Source: an uncultured Verrucomicrobiota bacterium
GTDB taxonomy: Bacteria > Verrucomicrobiota > Verrucomicrobiia > Limisphaerales > J093
Reading direction: 5' to 3'
Length of the DNA: 64,000 nucleotides
NCBI GenBank assembly: GCA_964466945.1
Contig: CAYXPA010000007.1
Location: forward strand, 233 to 64,232
A model generated the notes under the pieces. That model was not told the origin of the DNA and searched no databases. It was given only the letters and a program-made list of their open reading frames with translations. Positions within the stretch are counted from its first letter, which is position 1, and the number at the start of each line of letters is the position of its first letter. This document shows, piece by piece, positions 8,112-17,526 of the stretch. The position numbers were made by a program, and so were the translations under genes.

Positions 8112-9851
8112 ATGAGTCGCGGGTTGACCAAGACGCCGAGTCAGGCCGGCCCGGTCGTGCAGACCGGGCTGGGCGAGCGGCTGGTGCAGCGCGGGCTGTT
8201 GAGCCCGGCGCAGCTCGAGCTGGTGTACCGCGAGCAGCGGCAGCGCGGGGGCAGCCTGCCGCGGGTGGTCACGGACCTGGGTCTGGTGCCGCCGGACACG
8301 CTGGCGCGCGTGCTGGCCGAGGAGGCGCAGGCGCCGTTGGTGGACCTGAACAAGACGGTGGTGGACCAGGCGGCGTTGAACCTGGTGCCGATGGAGCTGT
8401 GCCGGAAGTACCGGGTGCTGCCGCTGACGCGCGTCAACGGCTCGGTGACGGTGGCGATGGCGGACCCGACGGATATCCGGGCGGTGGACACCTTGCAGCA
8501 GATCACCGGGCTGCACCTGGAGGTGGCCACGGCGCCGGAGCAGGACATTTTGGCGTACCTGGACAGCGTGCTGCAGGGCGGGGAAAGCATCCAGAGCTCG
8601 ATTGACGAGATCATTGATGAAACGGTGTCCCACGACGGGCAACTGGCGACCAAGGAGGAGGTGGACCTGGCGGCGGCCAGCCAGGATGAGGCGCCGGTGA
8701 TCCGGCTGGTGAACCAGATCATCGCCCGGGCGGTAAACATCGGCGCCAGCGACATCCACTTCGAGCCGGAGGAGAAGATGATGCGCATCCGGGTGCGGAT
8801 TGACGGGGTGTTGTTCCCGGACGTGCTCATCCCCAAGTCGCTGCAATCGGCGGTGAGCTCGCGGGTGAAGATTCTGGCGGACATGGACGTGGCGGAGTCG
8901 CGCCTGCCGCAGGACGGGCGGGCGACGGTGTACGTGGGGCGGCGGCAGGTGAACCTGCGGGTGTCGAGTCTGCCGGTGACGTTCGGGGAGAACGTGGTGG
9001 TGCGGATTTTGAACACGGGGACGGGGCTGCTTTCGATCTCGGCGCTGGGGATGGCGCCGGCGGTGGAGGCGCAGTTGCGGGCGGCGATCAACCGGCCGTA
9101 CGGGGTGTTCATCGTGACCGGGCCGACCGGCAGCGGGAAGTCCACCACGTTGTACGCGGTGTTGCGGGAGGTGTCGGGCGCGGACGTGAGCACGTTCACG
9201 CTCGAGGACCCGGTGGAGTACCGGATGCCGGGCATCCGGCAGACGCAGATCAAGGAGGAGATCGGGCTGACATTCAGCGCGGGGCTGCGGACGCTCCTGC
9301 GGCAGGACCCGGACATCATCCTGGTGGGGGAGACGCGGGACACGGAGACGGCGCAGTTGATGGTGCGGGCGGCGCTGACGGGGCACCTGGTGTTCACCAC
9401 GCTGCACACGAACGACGCGCCGGGGGCGATTCCGCGCTTGGTGGACATGGGGGTGGAGCCGTTTCTGTTGCCGGAGTCGCTCATCGGCGTGCTGGCGCAG
9501 CGGCTGGTGCGGCGCTTGTGCGAGAAGTGCAAGGAGCCGGTGCCGGAAGCGGCGGCGGTGTTCGAGCGGCTGGGGGTGCCGCTACCGGAAGGGCCGCCGC
9601 CGCAGTTGTGGCGGGGGCGGGGGTGCCCGGCGTGCAAGAACTCCGGGTACCGCGGGCGGATGGCGATCTTCGAGTTGATGATGGTGGACGAGCGGTTCCA
9701 CGAGCCGATCACCCGCCGGGCCGGCGCCCAGGAGTATGCGCGCCTGGCGCGCGAGGGCGGGATGCGGACGTTGTTCGAGGACGGTCTGCGCCGGGCGCTG
9801 GCCGGGGAGACCAGCCTGGACGAGGTGTTGAACATGACGCGGATCAAGTGA
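8112..9851 (+). CDS. pilB: Pilus/T2SS assembly ATPase (PilB/GspE/MshE family)
   Basis: Walker A GPTGSGKST, ASDIHFEP, RLPQDGR, LRQDPDIILVGE, TGHLVFTTLHTND, tetra-Cys CEKC...CPAC. Confidence 0.93.
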   Translation: MSRGLTKTPSQAGPVVQTGLGERLVQRGLLSPAQLELVYREQRQRGGSLPRVVTDLGLVPPDTLARVLAEEAQAPLVDLNKTVVDQAALNLVPMELCRKYRVLPLTRVNGSVTVAMADPTDIRAVDTLQQITGLHLEVATAPEQDILAYLDSVLQGGESIQSSIDEIIDETVSHDGQLATKEEVDLAAASQDEAPVIRLVNQIIARAVNIGASDIHFEPEEKMMRIRVRIDGVLFPDVLIPKSLQSAVSSRVKILADMDVAESRLPQDGRATVYVGRRQVNLRVSSLPVTFGENVVVRILNTGTGLLSISALGMAPAVEAQLRAAINRPYGVFIVTGPTGSGKSTTLYAVLREVSGADVSTFTLEDPVEYRMPGIRQTQIKEEIGLTFSAGLRTLLRQDPDIILVGETRDTETAQLMVRAALTGHLVFTTLHTNDAPGAIPRLVDMGVEPFLLPESLIGVLAQRLVRRLCEKCKEPVPEAAAVFERLGVPLPEGPPPQLWRGRGCPACKNSGYRGRMAIFELMMVDERFHEPITRRAGAQEYARLAREGGMRTLFEDGLRRALAGETSLDEVLNMTRIK

Positions 9852-9867
9852 GGCGGAGGGCGACTTG

Positions 9868-11085
9868 ATGAAGAGCTACCTGTATCGCGGCGTGGACAGT
9901 CAGGGCCGGAGCGTCTCGGGGCGGATGCTGGCGTTGAACGAGGAGGAGATGGAGGCGCGGCTGCGGGCGGCGGGGCTGTGGCTGGCCGAGGCCCACGAGG
10001 AGGGGGAGAAGGAGGCGGGGCTGTCGGCGCGGCGGTTGAGCCGGCGGCCGTCGCGGCGGGAGCTGATCAACTTCTGCGTGTTGATGAGCTTCCAGCTCAA
10101 GGTGGGCATTCCGATGGTGACGGCGCTGCGGGTGGCGGCGGAGGATTGCGAGAACAAGGCGTTTCGGGCGGTGCTCGAGGCGATGCGGCAGGACGTGGAG
10201 GCGGGATTGCAGTTGCACGAGACGATGCGGCGGCACCGGATTTTCTCGGAGCAGTTTGTGGCGCTGGTCGAGGCGGGGGAAGAGAGCGGCACGCTGCCGG
10301 ATTCGTTCATGGAATTGCGCCGCTACCTCGAGTGGCAGGAGCAGATCATTTCGGACGTGCGCCAGGCCACGATTTACCCGGCCATCGTACTGGCGGTGGT
10401 GATCCTGTTTGTGTTGATCCTGTTCACCTTCGTGGTGCCGCGGTTTGTGAGCCTGCTGACCGCGGCGAAGGTGGCGCTGCCGCTGCCGACGCGGATGGTT
10501 TTTGGGATCAGCGATTTCATCAAGAGCACCTGGTACCTCTGGTTCGGCCTGGCGCTGGGGGTGCCGGCGGTGATCACCGTGGGGCGGCGCGTGTCGCACC
10601 GCTTTGCGGTGTGGTTTGACCAGGTGAAGTTCCGCCTGCCGCTCTTCGGCAGCCTCAACCACATGCTCTGCATCGCCCGGTTCGCGCGCAACCTGGCCAT
10701 CCTGTATCGCGCGGGGGTGAACATCGTCGAGGCGCTCAAGCTCACCGCCAGCCTGGTGGGCAGCGTGTGGGTGGGGGATTGCGTGCGGGAGGTCAGCCAG
10801 CGCATCGAGCGGGGCGAGACGGTGAGCGGGGCGATGAAGGAATATCCGGTCTTTCCGGGCCTGCTGAACCGGATGGTGGTCATGGGCGAGAACACCGGGC
10901 AGTTGGACCAGGCCCTGGACAACGTGGCCGAGTACTACAACCTGGTCGTGCCCCGGGCCATCAAGCGCATTTTCAGCATCGCCGAGCCGGCCCTGATCCT
11001 GTTCCTGGTGGGGGTGGTCGGGCTGGTGGCGGTGGCCATCTTCATGCCCATCCTCGGCATGGTGACCGCGGTGGGCAAGAACTAG
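9868..11085 (+). CDS. pilC: Inner-membrane platform protein (PilC/GspF/MshG family)
   Basis: EAGEESGTL and MGENTGQLD repeats, EPALIL, three TM segments; GGAGGG RBS. Confidence 0.92.
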   Translation: MKSYLYRGVDSQGRSVSGRMLALNEEEMEARLRAAGLWLAEAHEEGEKEAGLSARRLSRRPSRRELINFCVLMSFQLKVGIPMVTALRVAAEDCENKAFRAVLEAMRQDVEAGLQLHETMRRHRIFSEQFVALVEAGEESGTLPDSFMELRRYLEWQEQIISDVRQATIYPAIVLAVVILFVLILFTFVVPRFVSLLTAAKVALPLPTRMVFGISDFIKSTWYLWFGLALGVPAVITVGRRVSHRFAVWFDQVKFRLPLFGSLNHMLCIARFARNLAILYRAGVNIVEALKLTASLVGSVWVGDCVREVSQRIERGETVSGAMKEYPVFPGLLNRMVVMGENTGQLDQALDNVAEYYNLVVPRAIKRIFSIAEPALILFLVGVVGLVAVAIFMPILGMVTAVGKN

Positions 11086-11111
11086 GAAAACCTCCAACCC
11101 GGGAACACCCC

Positions 11112-12239
11112 ATGAAACTCTCCAACCTACCCAAGCCGCGCCGGCACACCCGCCGGCCCGCGCGCGCGGCCCGCGCGTTCACCGTGGTCGAGCTGGTGGG
11201 CGTGCTGGCCATCGTGGCCATTATCGCCGCCCTCATGGCGGAAAACATCATCGAGAAGATGCGCCTGGCCGCCATTGATGCCGAGCGCACCTCGCTGGCC
11301 TCGCTGACCAAGACGCTCGAGCGCTACGTCGTTCGCACCAAAAGCATCCCGGCCCTCAACGACCTGTCCACCGCGCTGGCGGCGGACCTGGCCGTGGCGC
11401 AGGACCGGGTCACGCAAACCGCCCAGGGCAACCCACGCTGGTTCTGGGTGGACCCCGATCACCGGGTGGGCACCAACACGACCAGCACGCTGCCGTTTAC
11501 GCAGACCGGGCTGGGCAGCCTGCAGCCGCAGAAATTGCGGATGGTGGTCATTTCGAGCATCGGCGCGCCGTTACCCACCCCGGCCATCAACCCCAACGCC
11601 ACCCAGTTCCAGCAGGCGTGGAACGCCGTGGCGGGGTCGGTGCCGGCGTTTCTGACCTCGTCGTGGAACGGGCGGCCGGACGATCTGAACATTCAGCGCC
11701 TCGAGCTGGGGGCGCTCTTCTGCCGGGTGGTGCTCGAGAACCTCGACGCCAACTACGACGCCTGGTACTCGGTGGACACCACCAACACGCTCAGTTCGAT
11801 TCCCAAGCCCTCCGGCACCGCCAGCAACAGCAGCCGCATGTTCTGGTTGGTGCGCGGCACGGTGCTCAACTTCCACTATCCCGACACCGACCGGACCATC
11901 CAGGCCCGCGAGTACATCATGGAGGACGTGGGCTACACCTTCGAGAACGGCCGCTGGGGCCGCTACCTGCGCTACGGGCCGAACCGGAGCAACGGCTGGT
12001 TCGGCGAGATGGTGGACAAGTTCCTGGCCGCGCCGGCGCCGCCCGGGGCCACGCGGCGGTACTCGACCCAGCAATGGGTCGTGGATGCGATGTACCAGTT
12101 CCTGTACTGCTTCGGGCAGTGGTCGCTGGACAACTTCTACGGCGGCCCGCCCTGGCCGCACATCCCGGGTTACGAGCAGTCCAACGCCGGCGCCACCGGC
12201 CTGTCGGACTACTCGAGTGACCTGCTCATCGTGAACTGA
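11112..12239 (+). CDS. Large pilin-like protein 1 (375 aa)
   Basis: Basic leader then A|FTVVELVGVLAIVAIIAALM class III signal; paralogous to the next two genes. Confidence 0.82.
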   Translation: MKLSNLPKPRRHTRRPARAARAFTVVELVGVLAIVAIIAALMAENIIEKMRLAAIDAERTSLASLTKTLERYVVRTKSIPALNDLSTALAADLAVAQDRVTQTAQGNPRWFWVDPDHRVGTNTTSTLPFTQTGLGSLQPQKLRMVVISSIGAPLPTPAINPNATQFQQAWNAVAGSVPAFLTSSWNGRPDDLNIQRLELGALFCRVVLENLDANYDAWYSVDTTNTLSSIPKPSGTASNSSRMFWLVRGTVLNFHYPDTDRTIQAREYIMEDVGYTFENGRWGRYLRYGPNRSNGWFGEMVDKFLAAPAPPGATRRYSTQQWVVDAMYQFLYCFGQWSLDNFYGGPPWPHIPGYEQSNAGATGLSDYSSDLLIVN

Positions 12240-12249
12240 GGAGGCCGCC

Positions 12250-13407
12250 ATGCGCATCCCCGGAACATCCCAAAGGGCCGGTCCGCCCGGCGGGCGCGCG
12301 CCCCGGCGCGAAGCCGCCGGCGCCCTGGTGTGGGTGATGGCGATGCTGGCCACGCTTTCCATCCTGGCCGCCGTGCTGATGCCCAACCAAATCCGGTCGC
12401 TGAGCGAGGCCGACCTGGCGCGCGAGGCACAGGCATTGCAGCGGCTCAAGGAAGGCCTGCGCGAGTACATCCTCACCACCCGCTCGGTGCCCGCGGCCAG
12501 CACGGTCTTCACCAATCTGGCCGACACCCTGGGCTGGGAGATCGGCCTGACCCGCACCAACCACCGTGGCAACCCGCGCGTGTACCTGGTGGATCCGAAC
12601 TTCCGCCTGGGCGCCACGACCGCGAACAACCTGCCGTTTGTGCAGGGCGTGTACGGCATCACCAACACCAGCAACCTGCGCCTGGCCCTGGTCTCGAGCG
12701 TGGGCGAGCCCCTGCCGGCCATCCTCACCAACCCGGGCACCAACGCCGCGCAGGTGTTCTCGATGCTCTGGCACGCGCCCGAGGGCACCGAGCCGCCCGG
12801 CTGGACCTGGGGCGGCAACTGGGCGGACATCCGCGTGGCGCGCCTGGACCTCGAGCCGCTGCTGACCCGCATCCGGCTGATCAACAGCACCAACAACGCC
12901 GCCGGCGTGGTGGGCCGCTTCTCGGTGGACAACACCAACAGCCCGGTCGCACTGCCGACCAACGACTTCAGCGCCCTGTACTTCGTGCGCAGCGAGCTGG
13001 GCCTGCACAGCCACACCAGTCCCTATGCGTTACAGACCCGGCAGGTCCTTCAGGACGTGCCCCTAGCCACCAACGGCCCGCCCTATCTGCTCATGCCCAC
13101 CTTCGTTTACGAGGACGGCGTCTGGCGCGGCCGCTTCTACAAAGGCACCCAGGCCCAGAAGCACAACGGGGAAGACCTCCAGTGGGCCTACGAGATTTTC
13201 ATGTCCGGCCCGGCCAACGTGTACATGGTGGGGTCGGTCACGCAGACCTCGCTCACCCTGCGGATGTGGGAGTACATGAGCAACTACGTCCGGTGGACCG
13301 AGCAGGGGTTCAGTACGAGCTTCAAACAATCCGTGCTCCAGCCCTCGCAGCAGGCCATGGCCAGCGAGCTGAGCACCTACTGCAACAAGAAGGCCTCGGT
13401 CAATTAG
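12250..13407 (+). CDS. Large pilin-like protein 2 (385 aa; lacks E+5, PilX/GspK-like)
   Basis: REAAG|ALVWVMAMLATLSILAAVLMP; shares GNPRVYLVDP, LVSSVGEPLP, FSVDNTN, YEIFMSGP, TYCNKKAS with neighbours. Confidence 0.78.
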   Translation: MRIPGTSQRAGPPGGRAPRREAAGALVWVMAMLATLSILAAVLMPNQIRSLSEADLAREAQALQRLKEGLREYILTTRSVPAASTVFTNLADTLGWEIGLTRTNHRGNPRVYLVDPNFRLGATTANNLPFVQGVYGITNTSNLRLALVSSVGEPLPAILTNPGTNAAQVFSMLWHAPEGTEPPGWTWGGNWADIRVARLDLEPLLTRIRLINSTNNAAGVVGRFSVDNTNSPVALPTNDFSALYFVRSELGLHSHTSPYALQTRQVLQDVPLATNGPPYLLMPTFVYEDGVWRGRFYKGTQAQKHNGEDLQWAYEIFMSGPANVYMVGSVTQTSLTLRMWEYMSNYVRWTEQGFSTSFKQSVLQPSQQAMASELSTYCNKKASVN

Positions 13408-13419
13408 GAGCGGCCTGTC

Positions 13420-14601
13420 ATGAAAACCCGTTTTTCGCCTCCCCCACCCCGCCCGCGGACCCGCGCCGCGCGTGCCTGGCCGGCCGGGCCGCCGGGCGCG
13501 CGGGCCTTTCCGCCCCGCCGTCAGCGCGCCTTCAGCCTGCTGGAAATCGCCGGCGTGTTGAGCGTGCTGACCATCCTGGCTTCCCTGGCCCTGCCCTCGC
13601 TCCTGCAGCAACTGAGCGAACTGGCCCGCCGCCAGGAGCTCGAGCGCCTGAGCCAGATCGGCCAGGGCCTGCGCGAATACATCCTGCGCGCCCACCAGGT
13701 GCCCGCCCTGAACACCCTGGCCACAAACGTGGCCGAGGTGTTGGGCTGGCCGGTCCGGTGGGTGCTGGAAACCGCCGCTGGTCAGCCCCGGGTGTTTCTC
13801 TACGACCCGGAGTTGCAGATCGGGACCACCACGGCATCCACGCTGCCTTATGTGCAGACCACCAGCGGCGCCGCCGCGCTCAGTGGCGCGCGTTTCCTGA
13901 TCGTGTCCAGCCTGGGCGCGGCCCTGCCGAGTGTGATCGGGAACCCCGGCAGCAACGCCGTGACGGTTTTCAACCTCCTGTGGGACGCCCCGGACGGCAC
14001 GCCACCGCCGGGCTGGACCTGGGGCGGCGAGTGGCGGCAAATCCTGGTGCAGCGGGTGAACCTCCAGCCGTTGTTCACCCGGGTGGTGCTCAACAACAAC
14101 CACATCCGCTTCGGCCGTTACTCGGTGGACAACACCAACGCCCCGGTCGCGCTGACCACCAACAGCTTCACCGCCTTCTTCCTGGGCCGCACCCAACTGG
14201 GCCTGCACGGCGACGGCACCGGGCCGCTTCAGTCCGTGCAACTGGTGCCGAGCGCCGAGGCGGCCAGTCGGGACCCGACCTATGCCTGGTATCCCTCCTA
14301 CGTGTACGAACGCGGCATCTGGCGCGGCCGCCTGTTCATGGAGACGCCCCTGCCGCGGCGCTCCGGCAACGACCTCCAGGCCGCGTACGAGATTTTCATG
14401 TCCGGCCCGCCCAACGTGTACAAGGTGGGCAGCGTGACGCAGTCCAGCGTGACCTGGGCCATGTACAACTTCATGAGCAACTACGTGGTCTGGGCCAACA
14501 GCGGCTTTAGCACCTCGGCCAAAGTAAATGTCACCCTGTGGCAGAGCTCGATGGCCACCCAGGTCAAGACCTATTGCAACAAGAAGGCCTCGACCAAATA
14601 A
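13420..14601 (+). CDS. Large pilin-like protein 3 (393 aa)
   Basis: QRA|FSLLEIAGVLSVLTILASLALP class III signal; strong similarity to protein 2 (GLREYIL, PPGWTWGG, YEIFMSGP, TYCNKKAS). Confidence 0.82.
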   Translation: MKTRFSPPPPRPRTRAARAWPAGPPGARAFPPRRQRAFSLLEIAGVLSVLTILASLALPSLLQQLSELARRQELERLSQIGQGLREYILRAHQVPALNTLATNVAEVLGWPVRWVLETAAGQPRVFLYDPELQIGTTTASTLPYVQTTSGAAALSGARFLIVSSLGAALPSVIGNPGSNAVTVFNLLWDAPDGTPPPGWTWGGEWRQILVQRVNLQPLFTRVVLNNNHIRFGRYSVDNTNAPVALTTNSFTAFFLGRTQLGLHGDGTGPLQSVQLVPSAEAASRDPTYAWYPSYVYERGIWRGRLFMETPLPRRSGNDLQAAYEIFMSGPPNVYKVGSVTQSSVTWAMYNFMSNYVVWANSGFSTSAKVNVTLWQSSMATQVKTYCNKKASTK

Positions 14602-14618
14602 CCCCGCAACCCCGCGCC

Positions 14619-16169
14619 ATGCTTACCCTTCGCGCCCGCAGCTCCCCCGCCCGCCGCAGTCTGCCCGGCCACCACCACACGCTGAGCGTGTCTTGGTTGC
14701 GCAAGCACTTCCGCGCCGTGGCGGTGCATCGCGGCCAGGTCACCGGCGTCTGGGAATCGCCCGAGCCGGTCGAGGGCACCGACCGGTTTGCGGAGCTGCT
14801 GCAAAAGGCCATCGCCGCCACCGGGTACGCCGGCTCGACCGTGTCGCTGGTGCTGGTGCACCAACACCTGGTGCACCTGCTCATCGAGGTGCCGCCGGTC
14901 AAGCGGAGCATGTTGGACAAGGTGGTCAACCGCCAGGCCCAGCAACAACGGCTCTTCCCCGGCCAGGCCGTCTGGAGCATAGCCCCGGCCGAGAGCCCGA
15001 AGAAGGGCCCGCCGCAGTATCTGCTGAACCTCTTCCCGCAACTGCTCCTGGAGGAACTGCTGGCCGGTGCCCAGCGCGCGGGGTGTTACCTCACCGCCGT
15101 CATTCCCGCCACGGCGATCCTGCGCGAACAGTTGTTCGAGTTGCCCGTTCCCGAAAGCCAGGTGGCTATGATCGTGGCACTCACCGGCGAGAACACCACC
15201 GTGCTGGTCGGCCGCAGCGACGGCCGGTTGCTGCTGGCGCGCGTGCTCCCGGGCAACTGGGAGGACAGTTTCGCGCGTCTGGTGGTGGACCTCAAACGCA
15301 CCCTGCTCTTTGTCAACCAGCAGGAGGGCGTGAACGTGGACCACCTCTGGCTCTTCGGCCCCGGGGCCGAGGCCCAGGTGGCGCGCGTGCAGGAGCAGAC
15401 CGGCCTGCCCACCCAGCCCAGCCCCACGCCTTGGTCGGAGGATTACTGGGCCCTGGCCGCCCTGCGCCTGGAGCCCAATCAAAGCCAGAACCTGGTGCCG
15501 CCCGAACTCCGCCAGGCCCCGCAACGCCACATCTTCGCCAAGGTCGTGGGCACCATCACCGCCCTGGCGGTCCTGGCCTCAGCCATTTTCTCCTGGAAAC
15601 TCCACGGCATGTACCGGGACGAGCTGCAAAACGTGCGGCATCTCGAACAGGAGGTTGCGCGCCTCCAGGCCCGTCACCAGGAATTGCAACGCCTCGAGGC
15701 CGAGGCCGCGCACCGCCGCGGCCTGGTGGACCTGGTCAGCGCCAACCGCCCCGATCCCGTGCCACTGTGGCTGCTGGGCTACCTGGGCGAAGCCGTGCCG
15801 CCGGACCTGGTGGTCACCAACTTCCAGTGCGCCCGCGAAGGGCCTTACTGGCACCTGCGGTTGAGCGGACTGCCCCAGCCCCGCACCGGCCAGAGCCGGG
15901 ACCTGCTGGCCCTGGAGCGTGACCGGAACCTCCTCAGCAACCGGCTGATGAACGGCCCGTTCCACGTCCGCTTCACCCCGCCCGACACCAACACGCTGGC
16001 CGCCGCGGCCGCCAGTGCCGCGCCGACCAACGCCGCCCCAGCGGTCGCCACCGCGGCGCCCAGTTCGGCCGATCTATTGGCCTTCCTCAAACGGCTCCGG
16101 GCCGATACCGGCACCGCGCCCACCAACTCGCCGGCGGAATTTGCCCTTGAAGGCTGGATGCACCCATGA
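14619..16169 (+). CDS. Probable PilM/PilN-like (GspL/MshI-like) alignment protein
   Basis: Large cytoplasmic domain (LARLVVDLKRTLLFV, LWLFGPG), one TM helix, coiled coil, then VVTNFQC...WHLRLSG ferredoxin-like periplasmic part; position in the operon. Confidence 0.65.
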   Translation: MLTLRARSSPARRSLPGHHHTLSVSWLRKHFRAVAVHRGQVTGVWESPEPVEGTDRFAELLQKAIAATGYAGSTVSLVLVHQHLVHLLIEVPPVKRSMLDKVVNRQAQQQRLFPGQAVWSIAPAESPKKGPPQYLLNLFPQLLLEELLAGAQRAGCYLTAVIPATAILREQLFELPVPESQVAMIVALTGENTTVLVGRSDGRLLLARVLPGNWEDSFARLVVDLKRTLLFVNQQEGVNVDHLWLFGPGAEAQVARVQEQTGLPTQPSPTPWSEDYWALAALRLEPNQSQNLVPPELRQAPQRHIFAKVVGTITALAVLASAIFSWKLHGMYRDELQNVRHLEQEVARLQARHQELQRLEAEAAHRRGLVDLVSANRPDPVPLWLLGYLGEAVPPDLVVTNFQCAREGPYWHLRLSGLPQPRTGQSRDLLALERDRNLLSNRLMNGPFHVRFTPPDTNTLAAAAASAAPTNAAPAVATAAPSSADLLAFLKRLRADTGTAPTNSPAEFALEGWMHP

Positions 16170-16915
16170 GCACCGACAACGACAAATCCTGGCCGGCCAT
16201 CCCGCCCTCGCAGTTGAAGCTCAGCCGCGGCGAGTCGGGGACCGAGTCTGCCCCGCCGGAGACGCCGGCTCCACCTGCCCCAGCCGATGCGCCGGCTGGC
16301 GCGCCCGGCCTGCGCCGCCCGCCGCCGCCGAAGAAGGCTTCCCTCACCACCCGCGACTGGGTGATCCGCGGGGCGATGGTGGGCATTTTGCTGGCCGCTC
16401 TCGGTGTATTGGTCTGGAGCTACCAGCGGCTCATGCCCCTCCAGGCACAGGGCCGCCGCCTGACCGAACGCGTCAACAAACTCCAAGAAGAGGTCGCCCT
16501 GATGGAGCGGGGCTATACCCCGGCCGACCTCGAAAAGCTGGCCCGCGAGTTCCAGTTCGCCGGCGCGCAACTCTTCGGCGGCGAAGAGGCCCTGGCCGCC
16601 TGGTTCAACGGCCTGCGCCGACGCTCGGTGCCCCTGGCCCTGGAGGCCAATGCCGACTTCGGCCCGCCACGCACCCCCGCCACCAACTACTCCGTGGCCG
16701 TGGTCCCGGCCACGCTCACCCTCAACATCAAGCCCAGCGAAGACGCCACCTCGCCGCGCAGCCCGCACGTGCGGGTGTTGACCCTGCTCGATGAACTGGT
16801 GCGGCAGACCAACCGGGCGGACCTCCTGGCGCTGCACATCACCGCGGGCTCCAACTCGATCGCCCAGGTCCGGGCCGTCTTCGAGCTCTGGGCCGGACAG
16901 GAGGCCACCCCATGA
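16166..16915 (+). CDS. Probable PilO-like (GspM/MshJ-like) protein
   Basis: Single TM helix, coiled coil, periplasmic alpha/beta domain; ATGA overlaps with both neighbours. Confidence 0.55.
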   Translation: MSTDNDKSWPAIPPSQLKLSRGESGTESAPPETPAPPAPADAPAGAPGLRRPPPPKKASLTTRDWVIRGAMVGILLAALGVLVWSYQRLMPLQAQGRRLTERVNKLQEEVALMERGYTPADLEKLAREFQFAGAQLFGGEEALAAWFNGLRRRSVPLALEANADFGPPRTPATNYSVAVVPATLTLNIKPSEDATSPRSPHVRVLTLLDELVRQTNRADLLALHITAGSNSIAQVRAVFELWAGQEATP

Positions 16916-17520
16916 ACCGCTGGCGGGTGCAAGTCCTCATCGTGGCCGGCGCCCTGGTGGTGGTCGCCGTGGCCGCCCTGCTGCTCTGGCCCAAACTCAA
17001 GTCCTCGCCCGTGGCCGCCGCCGTCAACCGGAGCCAACAGGCCACCAATCTCACCGCGGCGGCGTCAACCCCGGGCGCCACCAACGTCGCGACCAACGCG
17101 TCGCCGGCCCCGGACAACCTGCCACGGTTGGACCGGCGCGCCATCCTCGAACGCTGGCCGGAGTGGGCGGAGGGACACTACCGCGATCCGTTCCAGGTGA
17201 TGTTTCCGGTGAGCACCGGAGCGGTCGCGCAGGCCGAGTTGACCCCCGCCCGGCACTTGAAACTCTCCGCCACGTGGGTACAGACCGGCAGCCGGCTGGC
17301 CGTCATTGATCAGCGCATCTATGGCGTGGGCGACAAGGTCGCCGGGTACACCGTGCTCCAGATCGAGCACGGCCAGGTGGACCTCCAAGGGCCGGAGCGC
17401 AACGAAACCATCACCTTCGCCACCTACGTGCCCCCGCCGCCGCCCGGCCAGGGCCGGCTCATCAGCACCAATCTCATCGAAAAATTGCTGGGTCCCGAAC
17501 AGGAAAAACTCCGCAACTGA
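16912..17520 (+). CDS. Probable PilP/MshK-like protein
   Basis: N-terminal TM, YRDPF motif, LKLSATW...RLAVID...YGVGDKVAGYTVLQIEHGQVDL beta domain; directly before the secretin. Confidence 0.6.
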   Translation: MNRWRVQVLIVAGALVVVAVAALLLWPKLKSSPVAAAVNRSQQATNLTAAASTPGATNVATNASPAPDNLPRLDRRAILERWPEWAEGHYRDPFQVMFPVSTGAVAQAELTPARHLKLSATWVQTGSRLAVIDQRIYGVGDKVAGYTVLQIEHGQVDLQGPERNETITFATYVPPPPPGQGRLISTNLIEKLLGPEQEKLRN

Positions 17521-17526
17521 GGCTTT

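Noticed and set aside
11112-14601. Assignment to the Verru_Chthon cassette or to standard GspH/I/J/K or PilV/W/X
   Set aside because: Sizes and mutual paralogy do not match what I recall of those families; left unnamed pending HMM search
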